Assembly: GCF_963921235.1 (NCBI RefSeq)
Contig: NC_086097.1
Location: forward strand, 142,354,001 to 142,418,000
Source of the DNA: Mobula hypostoma
Lineage: Eukaryota
Length of the DNA stretch: 64,000 bases
Direction: 5' to 3'
How positions within the stretch are numbered: the stretch's first letter is position 1; each line of letters starts with the position of its first letter. Shown here piece after piece: positions 24,316-35,612 of this stretch. Under the pieces are notes generated by a model. It made no database searches and was not told where the DNA came from. It saw only the letters and a program-made list of their open reading frames with translations. Position numbers and translations under genes: made by a program.

Positions 24316-25961
24316 GGGCTTGTCAATCTTACTGCTGGGTACACCTCTCCGCTGGCGAGGTCATTACCGAGTAAGACCTCCACGTCTTTCATCGGTAGTT
24401 CGGGCCTCACCCCGATCGTGACCGGTCCAGAGACCAAGTCGCTTTTTAGGTGTATCTGGTGCAAAGGTACTGCTTCAGTCCCTTTCCTAATGCCTTTTAT
24501 GACCCTGACCTCCCCAGTCTGGGTCTCTGAACTAAAGTCTAACACACTCTTTAATATCAATGACTGACAAGCTCCAGTGTCTCTCCAGATCCGTACTGGA
24601 ACTGGGTTTAACCCCTCCTTCACCGACACCAATCTGGCCAAGATAAACCTCTCGCGCCCTTCCTGAACTTTATCAGACCTCTTCTCTCCTTGCGGTTTGC
24701 TTACCAGCTCAATACAGCCAGTTGGAACTGCCGTTTTTCCTTTCCCCGTCTCCTTCTTTGGGGCAAAGCACCTGGACACAAAGTGTCCGACTTTCCCACA
24801 ATTATAGCATACGACCCCAGGGGACTTCCTACCAAACTGCTCCCGGTCTACCTTATCCTTCTCACTAGTCCCCGGCTTACTTACTGACTTTTCTGGTGGA
24901 CTGTCCCCGCCATCCTGACTACCCTTCTGGTAGCCTTTACTGGGGGCAAACTTCGTTTTATGTGTCAACGTGTACTCATCCGCTAACTTAGCAGTTGCGG
25001 CTAAAGTGTCTGCCTCTTTCTCATCTAGGTAGGGTCTCATACCTTCAGGGACACAACCTTTAAACTGCTCAATCAGGATGAGCTGTAGCAGTCTGTCATA
25101 ATCCCCATTGACCCCTATCGAGGCGCACCAACGCTCACAATATGAGTGCAGCTCACGGGCAAACTCTAAATACGTGCGGCCCCACTGCTTCCTCGCATTC
25201 TGGAACCTCTGCCGGTATGCCTCCGGGACCAACTCATAAATCCTGAGTATGGCCTCTTTCACCACCTCATACCTCTGGGCATCTTCTGCAGACAAAGCCG
25301 AGTAAGCTTGTTGGGCTTTTCCTTTAAGTACACTCTGAAGCAAAACAGCCCACTTATTCCTCGGCCAGTCCTGACTTGCAGCAACTTTTTCAAAATGGAG
25401 AAAGTACCGATCAACATCGGTCTCGTCAAATGGGGGAACCAGCCTAACCTCCTGGGTCACCCTGAACCCTCCACCTTGGTTCGGCATGGGCCCCTGCGCT
25501 GCCATCATCTTTAACCTCTCCAGCTCAAATTCCCTTTCCCTCTGTTTCTCCAACTGCCTCTCTTCTCGCTCCAACTGCCTCTCTCTCTCTTTCTCCTGCC
25601 GTTCTAACTGCTTCTCTCTCTCTTGCCATTCTAACTGTTTCTCTCTGTCTTGGCGTTCTAACTGTTTCTCTTCGTGTTACAGCTGCCTTACCCGGAACTC
25701 GTGCTCGAGTCTCAATTTTTCAATCTGCACCTGTACTGCGTCTCCACCGGGTTTTCCAATAGATATCACCTCCAGCTCCCCTTGGGGAAACACACCTTTA
25801 GACACATAATGCTCTATGATAGCTCTGTGCATCTCCTTTCTCCTCATGGTCGACTTCCCCTTCAAAAGATTCAACCGTTTGGCCACAGCTGCCAATTCTG
25901 CTTTCCTGGCATCCTCTAATGCCTCCAAGGTCGGCGCCTTTAGAAATTCCTCAATCTCCAT
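24282..25961 (-). pseudogene. Gag (coiled coil, SCAN-like capsid, CCHC knuckle) + aspartic protease; one in-frame TAA at 25677-25679
   Basis: ORFs 25677-25961 and 24282-25574 are in the same frame; YELVPEAYRQRF..LILIEQF, CYNCGKVGHFVSRC, RDTGACQSLI. Confidence 0.9.
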
Positions 25962-26059
25962 TTCTGATGTTTGCCTTTTCTTTCTTTCGGGAATTTTAAC
26001 CCAATCAATTTACCCCGTCCCAAATTTAACGTTCAAAATCGCGGATGAGCCCCCTCTTA

Positions 26060-26907
26060 TGTTACGTAACCTGTAACTGGGTTGCCAAACCAGCAGAAAT
26101 GGACCACTTAGTTGGAGTCTGGATTACTGGAACTAAGAAAGTTTTATTAAAGAAATAAGTAACACAGTACCCTAATAGTAAGGAGATATATGCAACAGGT
26201 TAGCAATGATAAAACACACATGTACACAGAACTAGGATAATAGGATCAATCAAGCTCTATCGCAGTCTAGGGGTAAAATGATCAGTCTCAAGTGACGCAG
26301 AGTTCAGTTCAGTTTAGTTCAGTTCGCAGTAATCGCTGTTGTGCCGTTGGGGGGGGGAGAGAGAGAGAGAGAGAGCGAATGATGATATTCAAATCGGATT
26401 CAAACAGACCTTTGATATTCCTCGCAGTTAGCTTTCGGGCGAGCCCTTTGTAATGTCTTCTGAGGTCACCGACTGTGACCCCTCCATTCCGGATACGATC
26501 GTTCTTCTGCGGTGAACCCGGCACCCAGGCAAGGGCGGACACACACACCAGGTTCCTGCCTATCGTACCTTTCCACCCTGTGTGTTTATGGTCGGTCCCA
26601 CGACCAGACCTCCAAAACTCCCACCAACTTGTGGGGGGAGGGCACAACACACTTCCAGGGTCTCGTTATCTCGTGGTGTCGTGGTGTGTCCCTTGCCTTA
26701 GCGAACCTGTTCCTTTTATCCCCCTGCTGGGGTATCGCCTGTCTATCAAACTTCAAACAGTTCAGGTTCAAAGCAACCGGTCTGACAATACGCGGAACTG
26801 TATCTCTTTTCATTAATCTCTTTCGTCCCTCATATTAGCATTTTGAATGTTTCCCCATTGTCTCTCTTATCGGCATCAATCTTCTGATAACTTGGTCTTT
26901 TGTCACA
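26060..26907 (-). repeat. 5' LTR
   Basis: TGTTAC...GTCACA termini; followed on the minus strand by agggggctcatccgcgat (15/18 match to the tRNA-Pro PBS tgggggctcgtccgggat). Confidence 0.95.
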
Positions 26908-26996
26908 CCTGCCACATCTTAAAGATTAGTTGGTTAATGATCAACTATAGATCACCCTTTTAGTGCAGGGAAGTGCTAAAAGAATCAAAGGGATGT

Positions 26997-27455
26997 TACC
27001 CTCCTCGCCACCTTATGCCAAGATGAGGCCACTCTCAGGAGCAACACTTTATATTCCATCTGGGTACTCTCCAACCTGATGGTACGAATATCGATTTTTC
27101 TTTCCAGTGAACAAATATTGTCCCCCCCCCATTCCTCTATACCCCACTCTGGCCTTTTATTTCTTCTCACCTGCCCATTACTTTCCCCTGGGTCCCTTCT
27201 TTCCCTTTCTCTTATTATCCACTCTCCTCTCCTACCAGATCCTTTCTTCTCCAGCCCTTGACCTTTCCCTCCCACCTGGCTTCACCTATCACCTCCCAGC
27301 TAGCCTCTTTCCCCAACCCCTACCTTTTTATTCAGACATCTCCCCCCTTCCATCTCAGTCCTGTAGAAAGGCCTTAGCCCAAAATATCGACCTATTAGCC
27401 ATTTCCAGAGATGCTGCCTGACCAGCTGAGTTCTTCCAGCATTTTGAGTGTGTTG
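26997..27455 (+). mobile_element. Older Penelope 3' fragment (EN C-terminus + pLTR)
   Basis: caagatgaggccactctcagg..ctccaacctgatgg; degenerate ribozyme region; imperfect TSD aaagggatgtta/aaaggaatgtta. Confidence 0.75.
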
Positions 27456-27821
27456 AAAGGAATGTTAATGAGCCTGGGAGAGAAAATACTTTGAATGATT
27501 ACAGAGAAATAGGAGAGTTGAAATAGGACTGGTGGGATTGTTCTGTTGTGAGCCAGCACAGAGACCATGGGCCATGTGGCCACCTACATTGTATTAAATA
27601 GTAATATTTATAAACAGCAAATCAAAGCTATAAGAAGCGTCGAAGTCTTCAAATGAGACTATTCAGGTTGAACTAAGAAAGGAAATGGGATTGCCACATC
27701 ATTGGGAGTGTACTTTGGAGTTCCACATATACCAAAGGAGAAAGAAACAAATTAGGCAAAATTTGGCAGAAGCAAAAAGATAGTAATGATGGGATTTTAG
27801 ATGACATTGCTGAATCTTCGC

Positions 27822-28275
27822 AAATTAGTAGAGGCACCGCTGAGCCTTCTTTGTAATGGCACTTCCATGCTGAATCCAGGACAGATCCTCTGAAATGATA
27901 ATGTAGAGGAAATTAAAATTACTCACCATCTCCACCTCTGATCCCCTGATGAGAACTGTCTCCTGAACCTCCGGTTTCCTTCTCCCATAGTCAATAATCT
28001 GCTCCTTAGTTTTGCTGACATTCAGTGAGAGGTTGTTGTAGCTCAATCTCCCTCCTATATGCTGATTCATCACCATCTTTTATTTGGCCAACATTGGTGT
28101 CGTCAACTAACTTAAAAATGGCATTGGAGCTGTGTTTAATCTTACAGTCATGAGTATGAAGTGAGTAGAAGAGGGGGATAAAGACAAAGCCTGCTGATGC
28201 ACCTGAGCTGATGGTGATCATGGAGGAAATGTTGTTGCCAATCTGAACTGACAGGATCTGCAAGTGAGGAAATTA
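27822..28275 (-). mobile_element. Rex1-type LINE RT fragment
   Basis: KLVDDTNVG, NNLSLNVSKTKE, ITKKAQRCLY. Confidence 0.8.
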
Positions 28276-28444
28276 AGGAAGGTGCATTCTAACTATATAA
28301 AGAGCAAGAGGATAACCAATGACCTATTAAGGGCCAAAACAGTAACCAGAGACCATAAGACATAGCAGTAGAATTAACTTATTCAGCCCATCGAGTCTGC
28401 TCTGCTATTCCATCAATTGGAGGCAGAGGAAGTGGGTAGTAATG

Positions 28445-28870
28445 TACACAAAATGCCGGAGGAGATCAGCAGGTCAGGTAGTATCTGTGGAGAGGAATTA
28501 AGAGCTGACATCTCGGGCTGAGACTCTTTAAAAGGACTGGAAAGGGAGGGGAAAGAAGACAGATTATAAGAAGATGGGGATAGGGGAAGGAGTGCAAGCT
28601 AGAAGATTATAGGTGAAACCAGGTAAGTGAGGAGGGGGGGGGGAAATGAAGTAAGAAGCTGGGAGATGATAGGTGGAAAAGGTAAAGGACCAAAAAAAAA
28701 GGAATCTCATAGAGGTGAGTGGACCATGGGAGAAAGGGAAGGATGAGGGGCACAGAGGGAAGTGAAAGGCAGGTGAGGAGAAGAGAAGGGGTAAGAGGGG
28801 AGTCAGAATGGGGAATGGAGAAAGTGAGGTGGGGAAGGGGAAAGAAATTACCAGAAGTAAGAAAAATAAA
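28445..28870 (-). mobile_element. Older Penelope pLTR fragment
   Basis: Purine-rich pLTR body and degenerate hammerhead region (ctcgggctgagactctttaaaaggact). Confidence 0.7.
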
Positions 28871-28925
28871 TCCTCCAAGAGGACCTCTCACTCCATCCTC
28901 CCACCACCCAACTAGGAATAGGGTT

Positions 28926-29143
28926 CATACATCAAAGTTGCTGGTGAACACAGCAGGCCAAGCAGCATCTATAGGAAGAGGCGCAGTCGACGTTTCAGGC
29001 CGAGACCCTTCGTCCTGACGAAGGGTCTCGGCCTGAAACGTCGACTGCGCCTCTTCCTATAGATGCTGCTTGGCCTGCTGCGTTCACCAGCAACTTTGAT
29101 GTATGTTGCTTGAATTTCCAGCATCTGCAGAATTCCTGTTGTT
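28926..29143 (+). mobile_element. Fold-back hammerhead mini-element nested in the Penelope copy
   Basis: 89-bp inverted arms (28926-29014 and 29017-29105, 1 mismatch) plus a 38-bp tail; perfect TSD taggaatagggtt (28913-28925 and 29144-29156). Confidence 0.92.
29012..29045 (+). ncRNA. Minimal hammerhead motif with intact core at the palindrome centre
   Basis: gtc-CTGACGA-a-gggtctcggcct-GAAAC-GTC-gac; stem I is only 3 bp. Confidence 0.7.
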
Positions 29144-29279
29144 TAGGAATAGGGTTCCCCTCGTCCTCACCTACCACCCCACCAGCCTCCGGGTCCAACA
29201 TATTATTCTCCGTAACTTCCGCCACCTCCAACGGGATCCCACCACTAAGCACATCTTTCCCTCCCCCCCCTCTCTCTGC

Positions 29280-29772
29280 ATTCCGCAGGGATCGCTCCCT
29301 ACACAACTCCCTTGTCCATTCGTCCCCCCCATCCCTCCCCACTGATCTCCCTCCTGGCACTTATTCGTGTAAGCGGAACAAGTGCTACACATGCCCTTAC
29401 ACTTCCTCCCTTACCACCATTCAGGGCCCCAAACAGTCCTTCCAGGTGAGGCATCACTTCACCTGTGAGTCGACTGGGGTGATATACTGCGTCCGGTGCT
29501 CCCGATGTGGCCTTTTATATATTGGTGAGACCCGACGCAGACTGGGAGACCGCTTTGCTGAACATCTACGCTCTGTCCGCCAGAGAAAGCAGGATCTCCC
29601 AGTGGCCACACATTTTAATTCCACATCCCATTCCCATTCTGACATGTCTATCCACGGCCTCCTCTACTGTAAAGATGAAGCCACACTCAGGTTGGAGGAA
29701 CAACACCTTATATTCCGTCTGGGTAGCCTCCAACCTGATGGCATGAACATCAACTTCTCTAACTTCCGCTAA
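29280..29772 (+). CDS. GIY-YIG endonuclease domain of the Penelope element (open frame, truncated element)
   Basis: CKRNKCYTC linker, GVIYCVRCSRCGLLYIGETRRRLGDRFAEH, PVATHFN, EQHLIFRLGSLQPDGMN. Confidence 0.9.
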
Positions 29773-30161
29773 GGCCCCACCTCCCCCTCGTACCCCATCT
29801 GTTACTCATTTTTATGCACACATTCTTTCTCTCACTCTCCTTTTTCTCCCTCTGTCCCTCTGAATGTACCTCTTGCCCATCCTCTGGGTCATCCCCCCCC
29901 GTCTTTCTTCCCAAACCTCCTGTCCCATGATCCTCTCGTATCCCCTTTTGCCTATCACCTGTCCAGCTCTCGGCTCTATCCCTCCCCCTCCTGTCTTCTC
30001 CTATCATTTTGCATCTCCCCCTCCCCCTCCAGCTTTCAAATCCCTTACTCACTCTTCCTTCAGTTAGTCCTGACAAAGGGTCTCGGCCTGAAACGTCGAC
30101 TGCGCCTCTTCCTATAGATGCTGCTTGGCCTGCTGCGTTCACCAGCAACTTTGATGTATGT

Positions 30162-30520
30162 TCCTCCAAGAGGACCACAACCTTGTAGTGGGTTGGAGGC
30201 TTGCGTGCCTCAATGACCTGGAGAGCCATGTTGGCTGGAGTCAGGGCTTTATGCTTTGGCTGTTGGTGGGGTCACCATGCCAAACAGGTCAAAGGGTAGA
30301 GAACAGACTAAAAGTGGTCCACTGGTCCTCTAGGTTTGGGCATTCAGCTCAGGGCTAACAACCCTGACTAGTAAAACAAAATTGTTATGGAAACCACAAT
30401 GAAGAATCCTTCTACATCTGAGTGCAACAGTATTCCTGAGTCTCCACCCAGGTCTTGCATGACTGACAGTAGTGAAAACTGAGAAGAAGCTACTAACATA
30501 ATGAAGGAAGTCCTGAGTGT
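30162..30520 (+). mobile_element. RTE-type LINE 5' region / derived non-autonomous element
   Basis: gcttgcgtgcctcaatgacc and gggctaacaaccctgactagtaaaa resemble RTE 5'UTR motifs. Confidence 0.5.
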
Positions 30521-31164
30521 AAGCTCTGTGTCATGCAGAAGTGCTGCTCACACGGAATTGTTGATCCGGGGCTTCTGGTTTGGATAGACCCTGACTGATT
30601 TCTAGGGGACAACATCCTTGATGTATTTCCAGATGAAACTCATCTTTGTATTTGACCAACCCAGCAATCTAAACCCAAGATGCATATCTTCTCGAAACAA
30701 TTAAGATCATTTATTGGATTGATGCACTGGTAGTTTGCTTATGGGCACAATGATCAAATTTTCTCTATCTGCTTCAAAAGGGGATCCCTGTTTCTTAGAG
30801 AGTCTGAAGTTGTCATTTGGCTAAAGCATATGATTGTTTTGGCATTTAGATGACAATCTTGGAGAGTTGCTGCCTTTTCTACATATGACCTTAGAGTGCT
30901 GAATGCTGACATTGGGTAGTAACACCTATTACTGAATATTAGGATTTGAGTGTGATTCAACATTCATGATACATACATGCTGAAAGATCTTCATTAAATT
31001 TCAAGTTCATAAAACGATCAACAATAAATTCCAAGCCTCTGATTAAAGATGGGAAATACTAGAATTACACAATTGCAGCTGGAAAGCAAAATATAGGTGA
31101 ATGTTTAGGATATACCTGCAAATACATACACACTCAAATATATTGCTTTACCTTTTCTCTAAAG

Positions 31165-31197
31165 ATATGATTGGATCACATCAATGGACATTTTCAG
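31165..31197 (+). CDS. Candidate 33-nt exon of the rightward gene (5'UTR or MIGSHQWTFS)
   Basis: Acceptor ctttaccttttctctaaag and donor CAG|gtaatt; its ATG is in frame with the 39188 exon. Confidence 0.4.
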
Positions 31198-31974
31198 GTA
31201 ATTTCTTTCAGATCTATGGTTTAAATATTGTTATTTCTAGGATTGATCCAGCACTGTAGTTTTTTATGATTCTTATTTATTTCTCTTTCTTTCTCTCACG
31301 TTCTTTATTTGCTTCTGTTTACTCAACTCTTTCACAAATATTTGTGGGTTAGCTGATCAAACTCCCTTTTTGCCTCAGAAGACTTCAAATCTCATTCCAG
31401 CTATCCGAACACATAACATTGACATTCTAGAATCTTTAATACTATGGTGAACTGTGGAATCTGTCACACCCATCTAGTCTAGTGGAACAGGAAGACAATA
31501 CCATTTGCACTCTTATTAATGGTGACTAAAGTCCTACCAAAATTGAGATTTGTGGGAACTCATAGGTTCTGAAATTTTAGGCATCTATTGAAATTTATTT
31601 GACCTTTGCTATCAGTAGAAGATATTTCACCCTTTGTTGGCTCTGCATCTTCCTTGCACATAGGTTTTCTCTGATCTGGATAGCCAGGAAGAGATGTGTG
31701 TGGCTCTGTCAGAGATCAGCAATTGACAGAGAATAGGAAAACTGGTGGGTGTAATAGACTGCCTGTATGACCAGCCTATAGTAAGCTGGACTGGGCTGAG
31801 TGTTGAAACCATGACTTCCCAGTCTTGGTGTTACAGGAGAAAGCTTAAGCAAATCGTGCAATGTTTTAAATATATATCCATTTTAATGGGTTTCTTAAAA
31901 GTCTCAGCATTTTAATACTATTGCTATAATTGAACAGCAATGTATAGATTATTAAGCAAATGCAAACTATATTA

Positions 31975-32880
31975 AACACAAGAGATTCTGCAGATGCTGG
32001 AAATCCAGAGCAACACACACAAAATGCTGGATGAACTCAGCAGATCAGTTAGCATTGATGAAAATGAATGAACAGTCGATATTTTGACTGCGGAGAGTGG
32101 GGGTGGGGTGGAGTAAAGTAAACATGTATTTGGTAGTAGAATCCCATTGAGATGTGTTCGATGCAGTGGCTCATGGGATGGTAGGCGAGGACAAGAGGAA
32201 CTCTATCCCTGTTAAGGTGGCGGGAAGATGAGGTGAGCACGGATATCAATGAAATGAAGGAGATATGGGTAAGGGCAGCATCAATGGGGGAGGAAGGGAA
32301 ACACTGTCCTTTGAAGAAGGAGGACATCTCTGATGTTAGGGAAAGGAAAGCTTCATCCTGGGAACAGATGTGGTGGAGACAAAGGAACTGAGAAAGGGAA
32401 TAGCATTTTTACAGGAGACTGGGTGGGAAGAGGTATAGTCAAGAAAACAATGGGAATCAGTAGGTTTGTAAAAGATGTTGGTAAACAGCTTGTCTCCAGA
32501 GAAGGAGGCAGAGAGATCAAGAAAGGTGAGAGAGGTGTCAGAAATAGACCAAACAAATTTAAGGGCAGAGTGGAAGTTGGAGGCAAAGTTGATGAAATTG
32601 ACAAATTCAGCTTGGGGCATGAAGCAGCACCAAAGCAATTGTCAATGTAGCACAGAATAAGTTGGGGAGGCTTGGAACATGGACTGTTCTACATAGCCAG
32701 CAAAAAGGAAGGCATAGCTGGGGCCCATGTGGGTGTCCATGGCTACCACTCGAGTCTGGAGAAAGTGGGAAGTGCTGAAGTAGAAATTGTTGAGGATGAG
32801 GACCAGTTCTGCCAGCTGGAGGAGGATGGTGGTGGAGGGGAACTGGGTGAGTCTTTTGTCAAGGGAGAAGCAGAGAGCAA
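31975..32880 (-). mobile_element. Degraded Penelope element (RT C-half joined to the pLTR end)
   Basis: FINFASNFHSALKF, FLDL, FYKPTDSH..SSHPVSCKNAIPF; tail/pLTR at 31975-32090. Confidence 0.85.
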
Positions 32881-32944
32881 AATACTTATATTAATTTTGT
32901 ATCAAAGCATGATGATCAATTACAGAAACTGAATTGTGTTTAAA

Positions 32945-33590
32945 TCTTTATACTTTAGTGTCGCCAAACAACTGATACTAGAACGTACAATCATCACAGT
33001 GATATTTGATTCTGTGCTTCACGCTCCCTGGAGTACAAATCGATAGTAAACATTAAAAATTTACATTATAGATCATAAATAGAAAATAGAAAAGGGAAAG
33101 TAAGGTAGTGCAAAAAAACCGAGAGGCAGGTCCGGATATTTGGAGGGTATAGCCCAGACCCGGGTCAGGATCCGTTCAGCAGTCTTATCACAGTTGGAAA
33201 GAAGCTGTTCCCAAATCTGGCCATATGAATCTTCAAGCTCCTGAGCCTTCTCCCGGAGGGAAGAGGGACGAAAAGTATGTTGGCTGGGTGGGTCGTGTCC
33301 TTGATTATCCTGGCAGCACTGCTCCGACAACGTGTGGTGTAAAGTGAGTCCAAGGACGGAAGATTGGTTTGTGTGATGTGCTGCACTGTGTTCATGATCT
33401 TCTGCAGCTTCTTCCAGTCTTGGACAGGACAACTTCCATACCAGGTTGTGATGCACCCTAGAAGAGTGCTTTCTACGGTGCATCTATAAAAATTAGTGAG
33501 GGTTTTAGGGGACAGGCCAAATTTCTTTAGCTTTCTCAGGAAGTAAAGGCGCTAGTGGGCCTTCTTGGCAGTGGACTCTGCTTAGTTGCA
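32945..33590 (-). mobile_element. Rex1-type LINE 3' fragment
   Basis: IIKDTTHPA..LPSGRRLRS..NSFFPTVIRLLN; near-identical inverse of 34725-35400. Confidence 0.9.
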
Positions 33591-34291
33591 GAATCTTGCA
33601 GAAAATGAAGTCAGGGCAATAATTTAGACTTTGTTTTGATGATTGAAATAGATATCCTGAGACAGACACATATATTGAAGTTGTCAGAAGCATGTTAATA
33701 CCTATTTCAAAACTATAAACTGGGGCAGAACACTAAGAGGTAGAGAGAACAGAGAGAATGCAACAGTTAAAAGGCCATATTACCAAAGAAAATCATAAAA
33801 TGCTGCACAAGAAATGTGAATGTCCCATTTAATGTGTAACTCAGTCAATAAGAGAACAATTCAGGACGATAAAGAATAGCTCAATCTTCAAAAGAAGGAG
33901 CAAGGCTAATACTGGCCGGGGCTAAAATAGCACCAGTGACTATTAGATTGACATTGAAGATAAATGAGCAAAGAAAGACAAAGCTATACAGTCAAAGAGA
34001 GAACATGACATAGCACGAGGAACAGAGACCATGCTGCTGATAAAGTTTAAGGGAATGGGGGATTCTCAAGATTTCTGTAAACAATGGATTCAGTACTGAC
34101 TATGTCTGTGACTGCAGTGTGTTTGAATAATGCCTCACAGCTGCCTTCTTTGGAGCAAGATGACTAAAGTTCACCCAGATCCACATCAGATGCCTCTGGG
34201 CTTTTCACACCTTTTGATTTTGACAAAAAGCAGTACCTGATGGAAATTAGACAGAACATTCCTTTCTTAATTAAAACATAAATTTGACAAA

Positions 34292-35400
34292 TGATCTTCA
34301 ACTTCCTCACAGACATGACCCAGGCTGTAAAAATAGGGGACAAGCTCTCCTCTACAATCACCTGAGCACCAGTGCCCCACAAGGCTGTGTACTCAGCCCC
34401 CTGCTATACTCGCTGTACATCCATGATTATGCAGCCAAGTTTCCATCAAACTCAATATATAAGTTTGCTGATGACATAACAATTGTAGGCCATATCTCGG
34501 GTAATGATGAGTTTGAGTACAGAGAGGAAATTAGGAACCTGGTGGCATGGTCCAAAGACAATAACCTATCCCTCAATGTCAGCAAGACAAAGGAATTTGT
34601 TGTTGAATTCAGAAGGAGTAGCGGACCGCACGACCCAATTTACATCGGTGGTGCACAAGTGGAACAGGTCAAAAGCTTTAAGTTCCTTGGGGTCAATATC
34701 ACAAATGACCTGACTTGGTCCAACCAAGCAGAGTTCACTGCCAAGAAGACCCACCAGCACCTTTACATCCTGAGAAAATTAAAGAAGTTTGGCCTGTCCC
34801 CTAAAACCCTCACTAATTTTTATAGATGCACCATAGAAAGCATTCTTCTAGGGTGCATCACAACCTAGTATGGAAGTTGTCCTATCCAAGACCGAAAGAA
34901 GCTGCAGAAGATCGTGAACACGGCGCAGCACATCACGCAAACCAATCTTCTGTCCTTGGACTCATTTGCACTGCATGCTGTCGGAGCAGTGCTGCCAGTA
35001 TAATCAAGGACACGACCCATCCAGCCAAAACACTTCTCGGCCCTCTTCCCTCCGGGAGAAGGTTCAGGAGCTTGAAGACTCGTACGGCCAGATTTGGGAA
35101 CAGCTTCTTTCCAACTGTGATAAGATTGCTGAACGGATCTTGACCCGGATCTGGGCCGTACCCTCCAAATATCTGAACCTGTCTTTCGGTTTTTTTGCAC
35201 CACCTTACTTCCCATTTTTCTATTTTCTATTTATGATTTATAATTTAAATTTTTAATATTTACTAATTTTAACTATTTTTAATATTTAACATTTGTAATC
35301 CAGGGAGTGTGAAACGCAGCATCAAATATCGCTGTGACGATTGTACCTTCTAGTACCAGTTGTTCGGCGACAATAAAGTATAAAGTATAAAATATAAAGT
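34292..35400 (+). mobile_element. Rex1-type LINE 3' fragment
   Basis: [42 protein letters not shown]; (aaagtat)n-like tail. Confidence 0.92.
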
Positions 35401-35480
35401 ATCTTTGTAATTAAGTTGTGGCTCCAGCAAACCAAGTAGGACATTCTTTTCTTTAATTAAGGTGTCTGGAGTGTCTAACA

Positions 35481-35612
35481 AATTGATTGTACTTTTGCAT
35501 CAATAGCCCATTGATTTGGCTGGAATAGTTATAAAACTGATTGTTCTCTGTATCAATAGTCCATTGACTTGACCAGAATGGTTATCAAACTGATTGTTCT
35601 TTTGTATCAGTG
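35481..35612 (+). repeat. ~2.5 tandem copies of a 53-54 bp unit, possibly the U3 of a solo LTR
   Basis: aa(t/c)tgattgt.. units start at 35481, 35535 and 35588; followed by ttataa, aataaa (~35734) and ..ttaaca (~35837). Confidence 0.7.

Larger units (their letters stand above)
21945..26907 (-). mobile_element. Gmr1-like Gypsy LTR retrotransposon, internally deleted
   Basis: Two ~840-bp LTRs; 4-bp TSD cctg (21941-21944 and 26908-26911); tRNA-Pro-like PBS; PPT; gag-PR followed by IN zinc finger and then RT remnants. Confidence 0.95.
21845..26970 (+). mobile_element. V-SINE (HE1-like) remnant split by the LTR element (pieces 21845-21944 and 26908-26970)
   Basis: The rejoined flanks read actccagtttcctgccacatcttaaaga..ggttaatgatcaactatagatcaccc, resembling the V-domain. 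Confidence 0.6.
28886..30161 (+). mobile_element. Young 5'-truncated Neptune-type Penelope element
   Basis: Perfect 15-bp TSD tcctccaagaggacc (28871-28885 and 30162-30176); open GIY-YIG frame; pLTR with hammerhead motif (core CTGACAA at 30070-30076). Confidence 0.95.

Noticed and set aside
35481..35612. CRISPR-like repeat array
   Set aside because: Contiguous degenerate tandem units without unique spacers; vertebrate context; no cas genes.
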